NCBI GenBank assembly: GCA_020348445.1
Contig: CP070751.1
Location: 703,116 to 767,115, forward strand
Direction: 5' to 3'
Length of the DNA stretch: 64,000 bases
Source of the DNA: Thermoplasmata archaeon
GTDB taxonomy: Archaea > Thermoplasmatota > Thermoplasmata > GCA-020350865
Part shown: one piece after another, positions 60,401 through 64,000 of the stretch
Layout of the letters: every line of letters starts with the position of its first letter
Position numbering within the stretch: position 1 is the first letter of the stretch
Position numbers and translations under genes: made by a program
The notes under the pieces: model-generated
What the model was told of the DNA's origin: nothing
Seen by the model: only the letters and a program-made list of their open reading frames with translations
Database searches by the model: none

Positions 60401-63400
60401 AAAGGATTTCTACTATATTCTTACCCTTGATGCAGGAACGTATTCCTATCATTTTGCAGCAAGCGATGGAAATTACTTTATTGAGACAGTGGAAGTTTTG
60501 GATTCCCCAGTTGTTTTAAATAATGCCCCAATACTTACAGAAGCTATTGTAAATCCCGCAATTGATTATAGCGGTGAATATTTCAATTTCACTGTAAATT
60601 ATTCTGATTTGGACAATGACGTTCCAACCAATATCACTGTCAATATTACAGGTCCATCCGGTGGAATATTTACGATGATGGAAGTTGATTTGGGTGATTT
60701 GGTTTTTACAGATGGCAAACTCTATTACTACAATATCAGTCTTTCAGCAGGTTCATATTCCCATCACTTTGCAGTAAGTTACGGAACCTATTGGAATGAG
60801 ACATCAGAAGTTTTGGACTCTCCCGTAGTTCTGAGCGATGCACCTGTACTTACTGGAGGGACCGTTGATCCCCTTAGTGGATACGGAGGGGATTATTTCA
60901 ACTTCACAGTTGTATATACGGATATAGGTAATGAACCTCCTTCTAACATCACCTTGAATCTTACAGGACCCTCAGGTGGAACATTCACTCTCATAGAGAG
61001 TAATGCCTCAGATATAAAATACGATGATGGAAAAGAATACTACCTGAAATTGCCCCTCTCAGCTGGAACATATTCCTATCATTTTGCAGCAAATGACAGT
61101 TCATACTGGGTTGAAACAGTAGAGGTATTGGATATGCCCCAGATTTGGAATAACTTACCTTCTTTGTCAACTGATGTGAATCCAGAAACAGGTTATGGCG
61201 GGCAGTATTTCAACTTCACAGTGGTTTACAGAGATATTGATAATGATCCCCCATTGAATGTCACATTAAATCTTACAGGACCTTCAGGTGGCACCATCAA
61301 TATGAAGGAGATTAACGCTTCTGATACGTATTATGTGGATGGAAAAGAATTCTTCTTTAACTTATCCCTATTATCTGGAACTTATTCCCATCATTTTGCA
61401 GCAAATGACGGTACATACTGGGTTGAAACAGTAGAGGTATTGGATATGCCCCATGTTTGGAATAACTTACCTTCTTTGTCAACTGATGTGAATCCAGAAA
61501 CAGGTTATGGTGGACAGTATTTCAACTTCACAGTGGTGTATAGTGATCTTGATAATGATCCTCCATTGAATGTCACATTAAATCTTACAGGACCTTCAGG
61601 TGGCACTTTCAATATGAAGGAGATTAACGTTTCTGATACATATTATGTGGATGGAAAAGAATTCTTCTATAACTTATCCTTATTATCTGGAACTTATTCC
61701 CATCATTTTGCAGCCAATGATGGTAATGATTGGATAATAACGATTGAGATTCCCGACTCTCCAATTGTCTACAACAACATACCCTCCTTGTCAGATGATG
61801 CAGTGAATCCCCTCTCAGGTCGCGGGGGTCAATTTTTCAACTTTACAGTGGTTTATACTGATTTTGATAATGATTCCCCTTATAATATCACCCTCAATCT
61901 ATCTGCGCGCTCCGGTGGTATCTTTCCAATGAAGGAAGTCAATGTCTTGGATACAAATTATGTCGATGGAAAAGAGTATTTTTATAATTTATCCCTTTCT
62001 CATGATCATTATTTATATCATTTTGCAGCCTGTGATGGTAATTATTGGGTTGAGATGCCTGACGTTATGAAGAACTTTTGGGTCAGCAACAACGCACCTT
62101 CGTTTTTAGAATGGGGAGTTGATCCTAAAATTGGATATAATAAAGAGACATTCAATTTCACTGTTGTTTATATTGACTTAGACAACGAGGCACCAATCAC
62201 CATCAATGTCACAATTTCGGGTCCATCAGGAGGATCTTTTGACCTGGAAGAAGCAGATTCAGAGGACCTTAACTATACTGATGGTAAATTATATTACTTC
62301 AATACAATTCTAGACGTAGGTTCATACTCCTATAAATTTATAGCAACCGATGGACTCGTTTGGGTTGAGACTGCTCTTATTACCGATACATTTCAGGTTC
62401 TAAGTGATCTCCCCACTTTGATCAGTGGTTCTGTTGGACCAGATACCGGTTATGGAGGAGATTATTTCAATTTTACAGTGATTTACTATGACATTTACAA
62501 TGAACCACCCTCAGACATCTTGGTTAATATCACAGGACCTTCTGGAAATATTTTGTCTATGATAGAACTTGATCCAAATGATACCGACATCACAGATGGC
62601 AAGCTCTACTATCTTAATACCACCCTTTCTAAGGGTTCATATTCATATCATTTCGCTGCTAGCAATGGGACATACTGGACTGAAACAGGAGAAGTCCTTA
62701 ATTTTCCCTTGGTTTTGAATAATATACCTTCCTTGTCCAGTGATACTGTGAGTCCAGAATCGGGTTATGGTGGGCTGAACTTCAACTTCACGGTGTTGTA
62801 CACAGATTTGGACAATGATGCTCCTGTGAGCTTGACAATAAACCTAAGTGGTCCTTTGGAAGGTAGTTTCGGAGTAGAAGAAATGGATCCCTATGACTCG
62901 AACTATGCAGATGGAAAGCTTTACTGCTTCATCATAACACTTGCTAATGGAACTTACTCCTATCATTTTGCGGCAACTGATGGAGAATACTGGGTGGAAA
63001 CCCTGGAAAATCTTGGTTTGCCTGTGGTTCTGAACAATCCTCCCTCAATCCAAATAACAAATCCTCCGGCAGCCGGAACCACTGTGGATGATCAGTTAAT
63101 AATTACCTGGGTAGATCTGGATCCCGATGACGATGCCTTGATTTCTTTATATTATGATACAGATAAAACAGGTTACGACGGAATATTGATTGTCTCGGAT
63201 ATATCCGAGGACGATATGGGTAACACCTTTACATGGAGCACCTTATCAATTAGTAATGGCACATATTATATATATGCGGTAATAAACGATAATGTAAATC
63301 AACTGGTCTACAATTACAGTATAGGCTCGGTTACTGTTGCGCATCCGGGAGGTGAAGTGGAAGAACCAGAGGATGGCAAGGAAGATAAGCCATTTTGGGA

Positions 63401-64000
63401 ACAAATAGATCCAACACTTTGTTATATTTCAATTATAGTTCTTATAGTCATAATATTATTGGTTGTTTTGCTAATCACAAGAAGAAGACAAGGAGCCCTA
63501 ATTGAGGAGTTGGTAGAGGAAGAGCCAAAAGAGGAGGTCGAAGTGGAGGTACCAGAAAAAGAACTTGAAAGGGAGATGCTCAAAGAGGAATTTAAAGAAG
63601 AAATATCGGAAGAAGGACTCGAAGAGGTAGAACCAGAAGAAGGATTTTATGATGAGATATTAAAAGAAGCCCTTGAAGATTTGTCAATAAAAGAACCAGA
63701 AGAAGTAGAGGTCCCCCCTGAGGAACCTGAGATATCAGAAGAAGTAGTTTTGCCAATAAAAGAACCAGAAGAAGTAGAGGTCCCCCATGAAGAACCTGAG
63801 ATATCAGAAGAGGTAGTTTTGCCAATAAAAGAACCAGAAGAAGTAGAGGCCCCCCCTGTAGAGCCAGAGATATCAGAAGAAGTAGTTTTGCCAATAAAAG
63901 AACCAGAAGAAGTAGAGGTCCCCCCTGAGGAACCTGAGATATCAGAAGAGGTAGTTTTGCCAATAAAAGAACCAGAAGAAGTAGAGGCCCCCCCTGTAGA
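57486..64000 (+). CDS. 3'-truncated giant surface protein (>2,170 aa): FG-GAP/VCBS repeats, three Ig-like domains, 12 repeats, TM, Glu/Pro-rich tail
   Basis: Absent from the track because no stop occurs before the window end. ATG 57486 after GGGGGGA; signal helix; about seven P.SV..ADLDGDG..D.VTAN..N.VSVL.N.G.GTF repeats (57600-58630); TM at ~63420-63480 followed by RRR. Confidence 0.85.
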   Translation, partial: MLIRGVGVKSTFIAFILLLILMVPYPFIPYNPSETVRAEFEARDDYQVGNGPHSVFLADLDGDGFNDTVTANYYGNNVSVLINYGNGTFAPHVLYDVDFNPRALFLADLDKDMNIDIITGNIGDSDTITILFNNGDGTFGGRIEYDVGDDPRAIFAIDVGEDLNDDMDIISANYWSDDISVLKNNGDGTFANAETYGAGNGAYGICSADFDGDGYNDVATANALGDDISVLINNQDGTFANAVPYPGDSWPRSIFCADLDGVNGSDLIVANRLADNVSVFLNNDDGTFAPHVTYEVGENPLSVHAKDIDSDLDIDLVTANNMDNTVSVLKNNGNGTFALKQDYYVGAGPYSVFVADCGEDLNGDMEIICANNDADSITILFTNSPPSIEILEPDGIDDEADSSYTIIWVDSDPEDNATISLYYYNQTSKIWELIVSGIEEDDLQDAFDWNTTNMPEGEYPIKATISDSFNSHTNYSLGNVTVLHTASNIRPAISFIEPDGIDDVSHYNYTIYWIDSDPDDNAGISLFYDDDDTGGVGFWIADLDEDDADFFDWNTTFIPEGQWYIFAIIQDPWHAPVINYSSGPLIIDHPSIVPPELHDGMVMPTSGLIGDYFNFTVNYSHLHNQVPRNVILNLTGPSGGNFEMLEVDKSDKYYEDGKLFYLNISLLVGLYSHHFSAFDGTFWNETQEFLNVPFVYSLWPSLSNGNVVPSSGLDGSYFNFTVTYSDYNNDTAVGIYVNITGPSGGDFSMFELDTTDINNTDGKDYFFNTTLSAGTYSFHFAASDGTYWTETVEVVDSPIVTVGEPSLTDAEVIPLSGASGNYFNFTVNYLDPNNDAPVGVLVNITGPSGGDFMMLEVNASDTNYVDGKYYYYNLTLFEGTYSFHFSATDGIYWVETVEVSDSPEVLNNIPILSGEAVDPTQDYGGQYFNFTVVYTDLDDEPPIEITLNLTGPSGGTFIMMEEDALDINYADGKDFYYILTLDAGTYSYHFAASDGNYFIETVEVLDSPVVLNNAPILTEAIVNPAIDYSGEYFNFTVNYSDLDNDVPTNITVNITGPSGGIFTMMEVDLGDLVFTDGKLYYYNISLSAGSYSHHFAVSYGTYWNETSEVLDSPVVLSDAPVLTGGTVDPLSGYGGDYFNFTVVYTDIGNEPPSNITLNLTGPSGGTFTLIESNASDIKYDDGKEYYLKLPLSAGTYSYHFAANDSSYWVETVEVLDMPQIWNNLPSLSTDVNPETGYGGQYFNFTVVYRDIDNDPPLNVTLNLTGPSGGTINMKEINASDTYYVDGKEFFFNLSLLSGTYSHHFAANDGTYWVETVEVLDMPHVWNNLPSLSTDVNPETGYGGQYFNFTVVYSDLDNDPPLNVTLNLTGPSGGTFNMKEINVSDTYYVDGKEFFYNLSLLSGTYSHHFAANDGNDWIITIEIPDSPIVYNNIPSLSDDAVNPLSGRGGQFFNFTVVYTDFDNDSPYNITLNLSARSGGIFPMKEVNVLDTNYVDGKEYFYNLSLSHDHYLYHFAACDGNYWVEMPDVMKNFWVSNNAPSFLEWGVDPKIGYNKETFNFTVVYIDLDNEAPITINVTISGPSGGSFDLEEADSEDLNYTDGKLYYFNTILDVGSYSYKFIATDGLVWVETALITDTFQVLSDLPTLISGSVGPDTGYGGDYFNFTVIYYDIYNEPPSDILVNITGPSGNILSMIELDPNDTDITDGKLYYLNTTLSKGSYSYHFAASNGTYWTETGEVLNFPLVLNNIPSLSSDTVSPESGYGGLNFNFTVLYTDLDNDAPVSLTINLSGPLEGSFGVEEMDPYDSNYADGKLYCFIITLANGTYSYHFAATDGEYWVETLENLGLPVVLNNPPSIQITNPPAAGTTVDDQLIITWVDLDPDDDALISLYYDTDKTGYDGILIVSDISEDDMGNTFTWSTLSISNGTYYIYAVINDNVNQLVYNYSIGSVTVAHPGGEVEEPEDGKEDKPFWEQIDPTLCYISIIVLIVIILLVVLLITRRRQGALIEELVEEEPKEEVEVEVPEKELEREMLKEEFKEEISEEGLEEVEPEEGFYDEILKEALEDLSIKEPEEVEVPPEEPEISEEVVLPIKEPEEVEVPHEEPEISEEVVLPIKEPEEVEAPPVEPEISEEVVLPIKEPEEVEVPPEEPEISEEVVLPIKEPEEVEAPPV
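59265..63038 (+). repeat. 12 tandem ~104-105 aa intragenic repeats (consensus PxLxxxxVxPxxGYGGxYFNFTVxYxDxDNxxPxxIxxNxTGPSGGxFxMxExxxxDxxYxDGKxYYxxxxLxxGTYSYHFAAxDGxYWxET)
   Basis: The FNFTV motif recurs 12 times at ~312-315 nt spacing. Confidence 0.9.
61080..61703 (+). repeat. Near-identical 312-bp tandem duplication within the 12-repeat array
   Basis: cattttgcagc at 61080, 61392 and 61704; long identical DNA stretches such as aataacttaccttctttgtcaactgatgtgaatccagaaacaggttatgg in both copies. Confidence 0.9.
63685..64000 (+). repeat. 69-bp tandem repeat (23 aa, IKEPEEVEVPPEEPEISEEVVLP), at least 4.5 copies, runs off the window
   Basis: caataaaagaaccagaagaagtagagg at 63685, 63754, 63823, 63892 and 63961. 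Confidence 0.95.

Noticed and set aside
172-63963. Many short overlapping or antisense ORFs in the track (e.g. 43037-43684 poly-Ser, 63592-63963 Leu-rich repeat, 33148-33822, 5536-5997)
   Set aside because: They are shadows of real genes on the opposite strand or frame. The poly-Ser and Leu-rich products simply mirror Glu-rich tracts.
63685-64000. 69-bp direct repeats considered as a CRISPR array
   Set aside because: There are no unique spacers, the unit length is a multiple of 3, the repeats are in frame within a CDS, and no cas genes are present.
1-64000. tRNA, rRNA, IS elements, integrases and defence systems
   Set aside because: No cloverleaf-like GC-rich intergenic segments, transposase or integrase motifs, or restriction/toxin genes were recognised by eye. 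A tRNAscan/Infernal run would be decisive.

Overview
Archaeal chromosomal segment. Ribosomal rpS19e/rpL39e/rpL31e/aIF6, archaeal-type LeuRS and TyrRS, a geranylgeranyl reductase and a PGF-CTERM motif show it is archaeal. Its overall style (MutS1, DUF835, many huge single-pass surface proteins) suggests a sediment Thermoplasmatota, which is an inference. Housekeeping genes (pdxS, a ribosomal protein operon, tmk, mutS, tyrS, leuS, mscS) are interleaved with an unusually heavy load of secreted or surface proteins, about 32 kb or roughly half the window. These include a Gly-rich/TSP3 protein, a 2,583-aa beta-helix/lamin-tail/cysteine-peptidase protein with 11 uncharacterised ~98-aa repeats, a 4xLTD phospholipase D, and a >2,170-aa FG-GAP protein with 12 ~105-aa repeats. 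The FG-GAP protein is absent from the ORF track because it runs off the window end. Several of these proteins share a TM + polyacidic tail (+ CxxC-x10-CxxC zinc ribbon) cytoplasmic module. Other highlights: a divergent pair of Rab-like small GTPases flanking a TPR gene and followed by an ABC-2 exporter; a rifampicin-phosphotransferase-architecture enzyme; an exported FKBP lipoprotein; a secreted-protein gene interrupted by an in-frame TAG; and an apparent ATA start codon. No rRNA, tRNA, CRISPR array or intact mobile element was recognised.
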